A stretch of 63,023 nucleotides of DNA, the filler included, from Hyphochytrium catenoides (taxonomy: Eukaryota > Protista > Hyphochytriomycota), in the NCBI GenBank assembly GCA_900088475.1. It is 4 parts of 4 records of this genome, joined end to end, with 100 filler letters (N's around TTAATTAATTAA, not from the genome) between each part and the next. Parts side by side here need not be neighbours in the genome. Positions count along the whole stretch, not along the records: positions 1 to 16,429 come from FLMG01001759.1; positions 16,530 to 45,571 come from FLMG01002203.1; 2 more parts are not named here. One strand, 5' to 3'. Under the pieces are notes generated by a model. That model was not told the DNA's origin, did no database searches, and worked only from the letters and a program-made list of their open reading frames with translations. Below are positions 12,227 to 24,146 of the stretch, piece after piece. A program made the position numbers and the translations under genes. The first letter of the stretch is position 1. The number at the start of each line of letters is the position of its first letter.

Positions 12227-15200
12227 TCAGCTCCACTGCACCTCATATTCTTCACATGGAAGCGCTGTGAAGCTGCTAATCGAGCCAAGAAGCCAGTTTA
12301 AGCTCACCATTGAGGCCTTTGCACGCCGGATCGCCTCTGGGACTGAACGTACCCTCGAGCCCTGAGGTACATCACATACCACCAACAAGACCCGGTCACT
12401 TCCGATCCGATCACTAGATAACATCAGACGGAGAGCAGAATGCTCCGTTAGGTCTAGCATAGGCCCTTATGGTCCGATAGAAAAGAGAACTAGAACGGTC
12501 ATTTGACCAATCCTGTGCAGGGCGAGGCCACAGAGCGAGCTGCTGGGCAAGGGCATCGCTTACCTAGAGGGGAGCCTGAGAGTGTTATGAACGATATTTC
12601 CTCCTCCCAGCAGCACTAGGAACTCCAGGTCCGACCTATGAGTATGTCCAAAGAGAGAGCGTCAGCGAAGAGAGTTAGCACTAAAATGAATGGCTGGTTA
12701 GGGTTTCCAAGAGAGAGATGCAGTCAAGTACTTGTCCACACATGTTGCATACAGCTCTGGGGAAAATTGTGGGTAGAAAGAAGCTCAAGGAGAGCGATGA
12801 AGACTAACACATAGGCAGAAGGGAGAGAGAGAGAGATGGAGAAAGAGAGAGAGAGAGAGAGAGAGACTCTGCATGCTATGACTCGGACTCACTTCTCCGG
12901 TGTGCCTTTTCCAAAGCTTCCATGGAAGAGTATGTCGTACTTCTTGAATAGTTCCGTGCCTCGTGCCTTGGGCTAAGTTTGTGGAAGAAAGAGGCAGAGT
13001 AAGAGACCTCCTCAGAGCTGAGCGTGAGAACAGAGGAGCACGCATAGACAAGATCACATTAAACGCAGTGCCGTGGAGCATACATTAAGAGCTACGCTGC
13101 TCTCCCGCGATAATCTTGCCCGTTGTGGAGCCTGATTGCACCAGCCTTCATGCTTCATATCCCCAGAGACCTCATATTGGGCCTCAGGGACTATCTGCTG
13201 GGCTGTCACACAAGCTGAATAGAAAGGAAGCGGCGCGGCCAAGGACGAGTGAGAGAAGGGACGTAAGGAAGAAAAGCGGCAAAGTATCCCGCGGAAGGTA
13301 TAGAAAGGAAGAGCCAAAGGAGAGGATGATGTCGACGGTGTTAGCACCACGCTCGTCCGGTCGACATACATACCAGCTTACCTGCCGCCCAGTCAAACGA
13401 GAGGACCCAGCGGCCAGCAGTGACCGCTTGCAGGTATTTGAGGGATCGCTTAGAGCTAAATAGTTCTGTTCCTACCCGTTCCGCAGGGACAACCAGGTGG
13501 CTCACGGTAACGTCCCATCTGTCAACCACACTCCAGCCAGAGAACGAGCGGACAAGATCTTCCTGTTGCTCGGTGAGCCCTGATATTAGGATATGGAGAA
13601 CGTACCATAGCGTAAGAAGACTGAGTGGGAGACGACGGGGAGATAAGAGGTTTTGGACGCAGGTCTAATGACTGAACTCATAATGAGCTTCTATATAAGA
13701 GGTAGTTCAGAGCGCGTAGTGTCTTGGCATCACCTGAAACCATGAGACTCAATCTACGGAGACCCTTCGAGGGCGCCTTCCCAGCTGGAGGTGACGTTCT
13801 CTTAATGAGTAAGCTATCCATAGAGCTCTGTCGTGCCTTTGGCCGCGCGCTGGCTTCCTTACTCTGGGAGACCAATGGCTTGCTCTCTGAGAGAGATTTA
13901 GATTGAGGTTTTCTCGCGCTACTTCCGTTCCCTTTTTCTGATGAACGCTCTGCATCCTGTCTCTTAACAGAGCCAGGCGGCGTCCTGAAGGGGTTCGCAG
14001 CTGACTTTGGGGCCTGTTCTGGCAACTGCGCGAGCTTGAGCCTGTCAATATCATCACGGTAGACGTCGTCTGTCCCTTTGGTATAGTCCTCAGGCATATC
14101 CGAGGAGGACATCAAACTCACAGCCACAATTTTTGACTTACGATCGGCTGTGGAGCCAGCCAGATCTGTACGGATAACATACTGAGGATGCACACGCGTC
14201 TCTCGGCCACCTTGCACGATATATTTTACATCCACAAAGCCATCTAGGAGACAATGACAGGGAAGACGCCATCAAACGACAGTCCATTGGACGACGGAGA
14301 GAAGAGAACAAAGAATCCTCATTGCTTACCCTCATGGACTTTGGTCACCACTGCTGCTCCGCCCAACTTGTTCATTCCAGGCCACGTCCGAGGCATGACA
14401 TTCACGTGTGACCCCTTCTTTAGAGGTGCCTGTAAGCTGGTAGGGCTGGGAAGCGCAAGATCAGACTGAATCGTGCGAGACATGAAGGGGCGTTCTGCCT
14501 CGGCGTCGGCGGATCTCTTCGGTCGTCCTCGAGGTTTGGACCCTGACCCTTCAGGGCTAGCTCTGGGCGGTGCATCTCCAGCCACATCTACAACCAAATG
14601 GTACAGTTATGAGCCTCGTGAATGCCCATTAAAAGAGCGCAATGAGAGGTCATAGAGCCATCCAGAGCCGGCTGGACTGTGGAATCTGCGCATTACCTCG
14701 AGCAGGAGTGGGCGCTGCGAATGAAGCAGTCGCAGAGGAGCTTCGGCCATTGTCCCTACGACTCGCCATTGCCCCAGAGACGACGCTTAAGGCTGATTTA
14801 GACACCGCGGGCTCAGGAACATTCCTGTATACTTTTCGATATTCATCGGCCGTACGGACGTCGTAGGCCACGCCCTCTTCTGTATCTGCCAAGACCATGG
14901 TAGTCAGCAACAGATAACAATTGCCACCTCTGGGAGGCGTAATGGACCAAAGATATATAGGACCAGATAGGGAACGAAAGGAGCTCGCCAAAAGAGAGAG
15001 AGAGAGGGAGAGAGAGAGAGAGAGAGAGAGAGACAGAAGAGAGAGAGAGAGACAGAAGAGAGAGAGAGAGAGAAGTCAACAAACGTATATAGGACCACAT
15101 AAGGGCCGAACTGAGCTCCGAGAGAGAGAGAGAGAGAGACGTCAGTACGATAGCAGAGAAGGGCGACAAGCGGGCGATGACCCACCCTGTATCCGTTCTA

Positions 15201-16143
15201 CCCATCCTCGCGTTTCCGAGGGTCCGCTCCAGTTGTTGCCGAGGACGACAAAATCTCCAACTCGAATCTTTGCGTCGTCTACACGGAGGATTTCCAGGCC
15301 TCGTTGTGTCGAATCAGACTCCAGCGCATCAGCCAGTTCTTCTCCATCTGCTTGCGACTGAGGACTAAATAACCTACTGCCAGCGGGAGGTTGATATTCT
15401 TGCTTATTGTCCTCTTCGGGGTTCGCCGTCCCATCCAGTCGAAGTCTCTTTCTTCTTGTCGTCTCAGAATGAGTGGGATCCACCCTCGAGGACTGCTTCA
15501 CCTTGGGCGTCTTCGCATCCTGCAACCGCTTTTGCTGTTGCAGTTCTTCTTCCTCAGTGAGTATGGGATCGGAAGGAACCAGCACTCTGCATTGAAGGAT
15601 GAATAGAAGGCGAAGATCGAGGGGATTCAAACCTTAGAAAGACGGAGGGAGAGATGGAGGAACTAGAGAAGAAAAGAAAAAAGAACGCAAGGGAAGAAGG
15701 AATGGGAGAGTGAGACATGGGAGGAAGAGAGAGAGAGAGACAGAGAGCACATGAGAAAATGAGAGGATATGGCACTAGCGAAAGTGGGAGATATGAGAGG
15801 CTGATGCATCCAAGTGAGTAGGCAGAGGAGAGGCCGTACTGGTAACAAGCGGTGATCTTCTCCATCATCCTGTCGCTGCGCAGCATGCGCCTCTTCGCCG
15901 GATGCTTGCAGATGGGGCATCGCTCTTTTGACAGTGTCAGAGCCTACAAAGATGCAAGCTGTGAGTGGGCGCGAGGAAAAGGAGACATCAAGGGAGAGAG
16001 ACCTGTGTAATGCACTGGCGGCAATATGTGTGGGCGCATGGCAGAGAGTGAGGGTCAGACAGTGGAGATAAGCAGATGGGACACTTGAGTTCTCGGCCAA
16101 AGTCCTCGAGAAGCTTGAGGACCTCCTGCTGGAGGAAGGTCAT
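12227..16143 (-). CDS. BRCA1: BRCA1/BARD1-like protein: N-terminal C3HC4 RING and C-terminal tandem BRCT
   Basis: ATG at 16143 gives [47 protein letters not shown]|ALTLSKERCPICK, a RING with a GRELKCPICLS start resembling plant BRCA1. BRCT1 is VSHLVVP...RSLKYLQAVTAGRWVLSFDW; BRCT2 ends MVSLNWLLGSISSF. BRCA1 versus BARD1 orthology is not resolved; no ankyrin repeats were seen. Confidence 0.8.
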
Positions 16144-16429
16144 CCTCCCTTCCACCTCCACCTCTTACGTAGTAGCTGAGGACCTGGCTAACATATTCGC
16201 AGCGCCACAGTCAACAAGAAGACCGTAATAACCTGCTGCGGTTTGATGTTGGTGTGTGTGTGTGTGCGAGAAAGAGACAAGAGAGAGAGAGAGAGGGAGA
16301 GAGAGGAAGGAGAGAGAGAGAGAGAGACGGAGAGACGAGAGGACAGACTGGATTCAAGGGTCGCTGGGATAGAGGAAGTTATGGTAGAGTTAACCTTCCA
16401 GTGAGACTGGAGAAATGAACAGTCTTCGT

Positions 16430-16529
16430 NNNNNNNNNNNNNNNNNNNNNNNNNNNNNNNNNNNNNNNNNNNNTTAATTAATTAANNNNNNNNNNNNNNN
16501 NNNNNNNNNNNNNNNNNNNNNNNNNNNNN
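16430..16529. other. artificial scaffold join (100 nt, N-run with TTAATTAATTAA six-frame stop linker)
   Basis: N44-TTAATTAATTAA-N44, identical in design at three positions. Confidence 0.95.
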
Positions 16530-18129
16530 GAGAGAAGAGAGAGAGAGAGAGAGAGACAAAGAGAAAGAGAGAAAGAGAAAGAGAGAAAGAGAAAGAGAGA
16601 GAGAGGGAAGAGGGGACAGTGAGAGGGAAAGGAAGGGGAGAGAGACAATTGCTGTTTGCACGCTAATGGAAGGAATGGGACGTCTCGACAAACCGCAGAC
16701 GGACACACAAAGAAAGGCAAGAAGACAGAGAAGGGAAAGTAGGAGAGAAGGATGAAGTGGGACACGGAAAGAGCAGAGAAAGAGACACAACAATTGAATG
16801 ATAGTGAGTCAGACAATGAGAAAGAGAGATACAGAGACAGAAACGGAGAATCAAGAGGAGAGAGACACAGGCAGAGGGGAGAGACATATAAGAGAGAGAG
16901 AGTGACAGAGAGAAAGAGAGAGAGCAAGGGCCAACCATCCTGAGGTTAGGGCGGTTAAAAGAGAAAAGCGAGATGATCCAAGCAGAGGAGAGAAAGAAAC
17001 AAAGAGAGGAGAACCTTGTGCCGTAGCTGAACCGAGGCAAAGCTTGTCTTTCAGTGCAGCTGGCAAGTTTCTTGGTGCTGCAGGGATGACTGTCAGTGAC
17101 GCCGCGACGGAGAGGAAGAACACTTTGTCGTCCTGTCTTTCTCTTACCTCTGGCCCGACAGGTGTCCTGCGCACGGAGTCCAGAGGTCTCTGCAGCCTGA
17201 GAGAGAGAGAAGCTATCAAGAGATAAGAGAGAGAGACTTGCAAGCACTGCCCAGTAGAAGAGTAGGCACCATGGGCCACGCAGGCTCCTCTCCGTCATTT
17301 TCTTCCACTAGAGCCACGGACTTGCTAGCAAGAAAGAAGAGTCAGAGAACAGTGCTCATCTGCTGCACCCGAGATGGAGCTTGGCGTTCGACCATCCTAA
17401 CACCGCGCTTCGTAGCTTCCTTGAGCTAGAAGCATGGACTCTGGGAAAGTGGTCAAGGCAGAACGCGCGATGGGGACAGGGAGAGAGATGGAGAGAGCTA
17501 GGGCGAAAGAGAAGATATTAATGGACAAAGCAAGAGACATGAAGATGGCGAGAGAGAGAGGGAGAGAGAGTAGAGAGAGAAGACAGTAGGCCACAGCTGC
17601 GAGGGAGGATGAGAAGAGAAAGCGAAGAGAGAGAGAGACAGAGAGAGGAAAGAGAGAGAGAGAGAGCCACAGAGAGAGAGAGAGAGAGAGAGAGAAGAGA
17701 GAGGAAGAGGAGAGAGAGAGAGAGAGACACAGAGAGAGTATGAGAGAGAGAGAGAGCTCCTGGAGCAAAATCCCCACTTCATGACGCTGAGGAAACACGA
17801 AGAGTTGTCACTTCCTTTCGCAAGATTGATTATTTGGATCAAAAGAGCGATAAATCAGACTAAATGATTACAGGCACTGATTCTACTTGTTGAAGTTAAC
17901 TATGTAAAATATATTTTAATTCTTACACTTTCCGGTTTACTTATTGACAGCTGGAAATCATAGTTTACACATTGCCTTCCCCGTCATGCAGAAGACTTAC
18001 GTTCGGAGAAGCCAGTACTGGAGATTGCGTCAAATATGCCGTATTATTGTTGAAGTGTGAAATATGACCTAGCTAAAGGGCCGTGATCTAATCAGAAGGC
18101 TGTGAAGGAGGTGTCAAAGGTTGATGGAA

Positions 18130-18372
18130 AGAGACACAGAGAAAGAGAGACAGAGAGAGAGACAGAGAGAGAGAGAGAAAGAGACAGAGAGGCAGAGACA
18201 GAGAGAGAGACAGAGAGAGAGAAAGAGACAGAGAGAGAGACAGAGAGAGAGACAGAGGGAGAGAGAGAGAGAGAGAGAGACAGAGACGGAGAGAGAGAGA
18301 GAGACACACACAGAGAGAGAGAGACAGAGACAGAGACGGAGAGAGAGAGAGTGAAAGAGAAGGAGAGAGGAG
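18130..18372. repeat. compound (GA)n/(GACAGA)n microsatellite
   Basis: Visible dinucleotide/hexanucleotide purine tract. Confidence 0.9.
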
Positions 18373-18792
18373 GGAGGGGGCGGCAGAGTGGGAGGAAGTC
18401 CGAGATTGCATCTACAGAGCGGATGGATAGCTGCACGAAGGGAAGCGGAAGAAAGAGAGAGAAAGCTTACAAGAAAGAGTGAAAGAGAGCGACCGCACCA
18501 GAGAGAGAACAAAAGCTGGACTGGTGAAGCGGCATTTGCGCCAACTCTGAGGCCAGCAGGAGAAGGACACGCAGCCAATTGCTGCCTTCAGCGAGTCACG
18601 CTTCCCATCCGTCCATTCCTCTGCGTCCTATCCTCTCTCTCCGTTGCCTCCTCAGTTTTGTCGGTGCCCTGCCTTAGGAAAAGGTTATTTTTCACACTTC
18701 AGCCGCCCGGTTCATCTCAGCTGCTGGGCCCAGGGAAAGGCCCGAGGGAATGCTCTGACGGGCTGGTAAAGGCGCTCTACCGACCAGGGCAA

Positions 18793-19832
18793 ATGGCCCA
18801 AGACGCGGCGCAGGAGCTGCGGCGGCAGTTGCTTTGCAATGAGAAGATTGTGCTGGCGAAGCTCCTGCCCGTGGGCAGCCGCACTCTTCGAGGAGTGTCT
18901 AACAAATATGACGATGAGTACCCGCTCTCACTCAAAGGAATAGGTAAGGTGGGCCTCTGCGTGATGGGATGACTGGCAGACTATGTCTGGAGAGGAATCA
19001 GTGGGAGAGATCGAAGAGCGAAGAACTTTCGCGCAAAGAGAGAGAGAGAATAGAGNNNNNNNNNNNNNNNNNNNNNNNNNNNNNNNNNNNNNNNNNNNNN
19101 NNNNNNNNNNNNNNNNNNNNNNNNNNNNNNNNNNNNNNNNNNNNNNNNNNNNNNNNNNNNNNGAGGTGAGGCCGCCCGGCCGGCCCCCGAACCTGACGCC
19201 TTTATCTTTCTTCAGTGGAGGAGAACGAGTTTCGGTTTGCGATGCGAGCCATCAACAGCGTGACGGACGACTATTTCCCCTGCGACACTTGCAGAGTCTG
19301 CAACTTCTTCACTCACCTCCTCACCCTCGGAGCCATCCTCGCCTGCCCTGACCCTTGTACCATGGAGGTGAGCATGCTGTCTGCTCCGAGACAGAGAGAG
19401 ACTTTGACCATTGCCTAACCCTTGCCCTCGACAGCTCGAGATGTACCTCCGACAGACGCTGGAAAGGATTAATGCAAAGCCAATCTACGCGGATAAGGTT
19501 GGTCTTAGTCTTTCTTCTATATAGCTCATTTCTTGGTTTGCTCTCTCTCTCTCTCTCTCTTTTCATCTCTATCTCGTACCGGTTCTCCTCTCTCTCTTAT
19601 CGGTTCCTCTCTCTCTCCGACTTAAAAAGACGTGCAGTGCTAGAGTTTCTCCTCCCACTTTATCTCCTAATGGAGTCTGCTTTGGCGCCATTTTGTTTTC
19701 CTCTGCCACCCACGTTGTCTCTCCAACGTCACACCTACACTGAACCTCTTCACTTTACAGGGCGTGCAATGGGAGTTTGTCAAGCGGCCTTGCAGCTCCT
19801 GGATTGAGATCCTGCAGGTCCCCGCCATCTAA
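18793..19832 (+). CDS. Erf4/Golgin subfamily A member 7 (CHIC-like) domain protein
   Basis: Four exons splice to MAQD...LRGVSNKYDDEYPLSLKGI|VEENEFRFAMRAIN...PCDTCRVC...LTLGAILACPDPC|LEMYLRQTLERINAKPIYADK|GVQWEFVKRPCSSWIEI, matching the Erf4-family pattern (P..L...I...EF...IN; Cys-rich hydrophobic core; IN...Y...G..W). Confidence 0.75.
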
Positions 19833-20113
19833 CGGACGGCATAGGGAGGAAGGCAGGAAGTCCAGTCACGAGGCGAGGCATTTTAATTTGCAAATAGACA
19901 GGGGCTTCACACCGTGCCCGAGGACTACTTGAGACAGTCTCTCCGTCTCTCTCTCTCTCTCTCTTTCTTTCTCTCTTTCAGACAAACACCTACACACGTA
20001 CTCGCTCGTATACTCTCTTTGTCTCCTATCATGCCGGTATGCAGCCTATAGTGTGGAGCCCTTGTTACTGATAGGACAGCAACGCCAACCACCATTCTAG
20101 TCATCATTTGAGA

Positions 20114-22665
20114 CTATTTCTGACTCCTAAGATTTGATACAGCTTTAGCCACTGCATCTTCTGTGAGCTCTTCCCTCTTGTCAACAAAGATATCCCCGTG
20201 ATAGGGTCTCAGGTGGCTGTGAATGGCTCCACTGAGTGTCCCCAGCTGCCCTTTAGCAGTTACGGGGACAGTCTCGGGCTGCCAGTGGATGAGACAGAAC
20301 TTGATGGTTCTGGACTGATCAATGACCTCCACTGTCCGTAGGAGGGCATATTGGATCTGCCCATCGATCAAACTGTCACGGAGCTCCTGCACTCCGCCTA
20401 AGACAGAGAGACAAGAAAAGATAGGAAAGGGAGCCAACGATACGGAGAGGATTGACATCGTGCAGAAGAAGGGGTCGTTAGTACGAGGTGGACGAGGGAA
20501 GGAACAGTGGTTAATAAGCTGGAGCTTACCGGAACCCTTCCCTGCAATCCGCATAGTCCTCCCTTCAAAGGCCACTGCAACCCAATCGGTGGGATCATTG
20601 GCATTTCTGACAGCCCCAACTGCCTGACGGAGCTCCTCTTCTTCTGCCACCACCAGCCCATCCTGGTGTTTCGCATTTCCTAGTGACGAGGATGGTGGGG
20701 CTGCAGAGGCAGCTCTCAGCCTCGCCGTTCCATCTGGCAATGTAGACGATGGGGCTGCAGAGGCTGCTCTCGTTCTTCCTTCTGACGCTGCGGAAAGCGT
20801 GAAAGAGCTCCGGAAGTCCCCTGTCATGCCCTCTACCACGCTGGACCGTGTCCCTGTGACGGCTCCAACCTCATCTGCCACCACACCCTCATCTAGTTCG
20901 TCCTTAGATGATATGTGGAAGTCGACGTGGTATGGTCGGAAGAGGCCAGTGACGGCTCCTTTATGTGTCGTCATGGCCGCCTTCATCATCGGTGAGATGC
21001 CCTCAGGTTGCCAGACCACAAAGCCGAACTTGACGGTTCTGGACTTGTCATACTGCTCAATCGTACGGAAAAAGCCATAGTTTACATTTCCCACTTCGAA
21101 GGATTGCACCATCTCTGTCACAGTGCCTGTGCCTGAGGGAGGAGCCATTTACAATCTTAAAAGGAAAATGGTAGGATAAGAGGAACGTAAGGAATCAGAC
21201 CCAGAGGAGAAGAAGAACTAACGGATTGTCAGGCGGAATGAGAGAATGGTTTGCAAGGGTCAGAGCATTTTTCTTCACCCTCTTTCTTCGGCTGTTTGCT
21301 AGCTATCAAAGCGCTTCTTACCCTTTCCATGGAGCTCCAGCTCAGACTTGCTCTTGTACCTGATCACCACCCACGAGCTCTCGTCACGATCGTTCCTGAT
21401 AGAGGCAATTGTGTTCTTGATATCTTCCTCGTTGACGAAGCTGAGGGTGGGTGCAGTTTTAAAGCTTCCTTGCCCTATTTACCATTAGCAGTAGAAGCAT
21501 CAGCTAACAGAAGTAAGTTTAGGAAACAACGAGGAAGATGTTGGCTTGAAGAGAAGAAGTCAGATCTGGTGAAGAATCGGATTGCCATGCACCTTCGACT
21601 TTGAGAAGAGGAGAAAGAAGGAGTGAATGGAGGGAGAGATAGGATAAGACAGCAGTAACCCACGTACGTCTGACAGGTGGTCTAGATTCCGAGGAAGATT
21701 GACCCGCGGAGCTCTTGGGGCTGGTGCGTCCCGAAGATGATCTGAATATGCTCTGCACAGGTGATCCCATTGACGGGCGCGCAGGAGAGGGCGCGGAAGC
21801 ACCACCACCTGTGGTAGCTGTGCGCATGGTTACTCTGTCCAGCAGCTTGGAGACAGCTTCTGCAGACACTTCCTCCAGGCTCTCGACCTAGGAAAGAGGA
21901 AATGTGTGAGGATGCGTCATCTATGGCCGAGGAATGTTCACGAGGCACGAGAAAGAAAGATATAGAGGTCGAGGTTGCGAACCGAGGTGAACGATAGATG
22001 AACGATTGTCAGATGGCCAATCCTTGTTTTCTTTGCATCTAGGGAGAGGGAAAGGGATCACGCTGGAGGGAGGAGAGCGATAAAGAATATATGGCTCGGG
22101 GTGACAATGAGAGCGGGTCCTGGTCCTTACTTCTAGATCTGCATGGTAAGGCTTGAACAAATTCTTGATTTGCCCCTCGAAGATACCCATCTTCATCTTT
22201 CGGAAGATCGGAATGCCCTCAGGCCGCCAGTACACTGCCAAACCGAGGCGTTAGAGCGGAGTGAGAAGAGACAAAGCGAGCTGGAGAAAGAGAGAGAGAG
22301 GCAACAGGGAGAGGGAGACCTACCAAACACGAACTTCACTGTGTCTGTTGATATGTTCCCAACCTTCTCAAAGGTAAAGCGTTCGCGCAATAGTCCGTAG
22401 CAGACATCTTTAGCAAGAAGGTGGGACTTCAGCTCCTCCAGCCCTCCAGATCCTGTCCCAAGCAGCTTCAAACTATCACGATCTTCATACCCGACCAGGA
22501 CCCTACTCGAAGAAGGAAGAAGGGAGGACCAGAAGGAGGCCGGGTCGGTGAGCTCATTTCTCCAGATCTTTCTCAAGCAACTGGAGGTTACCAGTTGGCG
22601 TCAGACTTATCCTCATGCACTGACGCGATGGCTGAGGTGATATCGTCAGCGATCTTGACGCTCAT
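20114..22665 (-). CDS. actin-binding protein with three tandem coactosin-like ADF-H domains
   Basis: Three repeats of (I/V)..(V/I)(R/H).D....W(V)...Y/F....L...G.G.GG/T..E(L/M)......YG/ALLR....TVKF....W.PE..P..K......G......F/LRPYH.D; ATG at 22665, stop at 20114. Confidence 0.9.
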
Positions 22666-23029
22666 CTTCTTCGCCCAAGGACTTGCTTCTGGTTCGTCTT
22701 TGAAGTTGGTTGCGCAAGATTAGAGACCTCTGCTTGTCTCTGTGAAACAGCGAATGCCTGCTGCAGGATAGAGAAGGAGCTGAAGATTGCTGCCTCCCTT
22801 TCTCCTACAGCTGTTAGTGATGGCCCCTTATCCCCCTGTTTGGATACTCTCACGTCTTTCACGCCTTAGCGAGACAGAGCAAGGATTATTAGGTACAGAA
22901 AGGTCTTCCTAGATCCTAGAGACTGGGGCGAGAAGGGAGTAACGACGGGGTTTGGCCACCAGCAGACGCATCATCCCAGCAGTCTCTGCTACTCCGTGTG
23001 AGCAGCGGTCCAGATCTTCTTGAAGTCTC

Positions 23030-23147
23030 CTCTCTGTCTCTCTCTCTCTCTCTCTCTCTTGCTCTCTCTCTCTCTCTCTTCCGCTCCCTCCCTCCCTCTC
23101 TCTCTCTCTCTTTCTCTCTCTCTCGCTCTCGCTCTCTCTCTCTTCCC

Positions 23148-23178
<31 letters not shown>

Positions 23179-23614
23179 CCTCCTCTTTCTATGGATGGAT
23201 CTTCGTGAGTTCTGATTCCTCTTCCTCCTCTCTCCTCCTCCCTCCCTCCCTCCTTCCTCACTTTCTCCTCTTCAACATTCCCGCCGAACCTTTCATTGAG
23301 GAAATGTTTCCAATGGGCGTGGGAGCTGCCTACTCTAAACCTCCTACCACGCTTTGTTAGTTCCGTGAAACCTTCAGAATTTCTCAAATGAGAACGAACC
23401 ACTCAGCGTAGAATCTTAACGGATGATTACTGAAAGGCGGTTATCGTTATGTGCTTGAGGAGGGTGTGACGTCCCAGTCCTCCCCTCCGCGCATCATCAC
23501 ATCAAGAAGCGGTATATCACGACGGTTCGAGTTCACCTGCAGCTTCAACCTTCTCTTTTCCTCTCTCTCTCTCTCTCTCTCTCGCTCTCTTTCTATCTAT
23601 CTATCTATCTCTCC

Positions 23615-23665
<51 letters not shown>

Positions 23666-23885
23666 CCCCCTCTCTCTCTTTCTCTCTCTCTCTCGCTCTC
23701 TCTCGCTCTCTCGCTTTCTCTCGCTCTCTCTATCTCTATCTCTCTATCTCTCCCTCTCTATCTCCCTCTCTCCCTCCCTCCCTTTCTCTCTCTCTCTATC
23801 TTCCTCTCTCTCTCTTTCTCTCTCTTTCTCTCTATCTATCTTTCTATCCTTTATCTATCTCTCTTTTCGCTTCTCCCCCTTTAGT
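23030..23885. repeat. (CT)n and (ATCT)n microsatellite arrays between divergent genes
   Basis: Long CT tracts at ~23030-23185 and ~23550-23880. Confidence 0.9.
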
Positions 23886-24146
23886 TTGTTATTGTGGTTC
23901 TCACTTCTAAAACCTTTTCTTTCGGCATTCTCAGCCCTACGAGTGCTCCCTCGTACCGGTAGCGTACGGTCAAAGAGACGGACGATCCAGTCGGCGCTCC
24001 CTGTTTCCCTGCCGCTGTTATCCTTCCTTCTCCCTCACCTCCTCCCTCTCGCTCTTCGCCTCTGTACCGGACTATCGCTCCTCTCCTAGAGACCACGTGC
24101 ATATCGCGGGCCCCAACGAAGACGCAGCGCTACTGACCCAGGGAGA

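Noticed and set aside
16474-16485. Palindromic TTAATTAATTAA, recurring at 45616 and 52430
   Set aside because: Always centred in an exact 100-nt N gap; a scaffolding linker, not biology.
16530-18580. Possible minus-strand gene made of small exons among GA tracts
   Set aside because: Splice-like signals are present, but I could not assemble a consistent frame or recognise a domain.
22989-24089. Long SLSLSL/RERERE ORFs here and at 17-18.5, 32.6-33.4 and 46-49.7 kb
   Set aside because: Translations of (CT)n/(GA)n microsatellites, which cannot contain stop codons.
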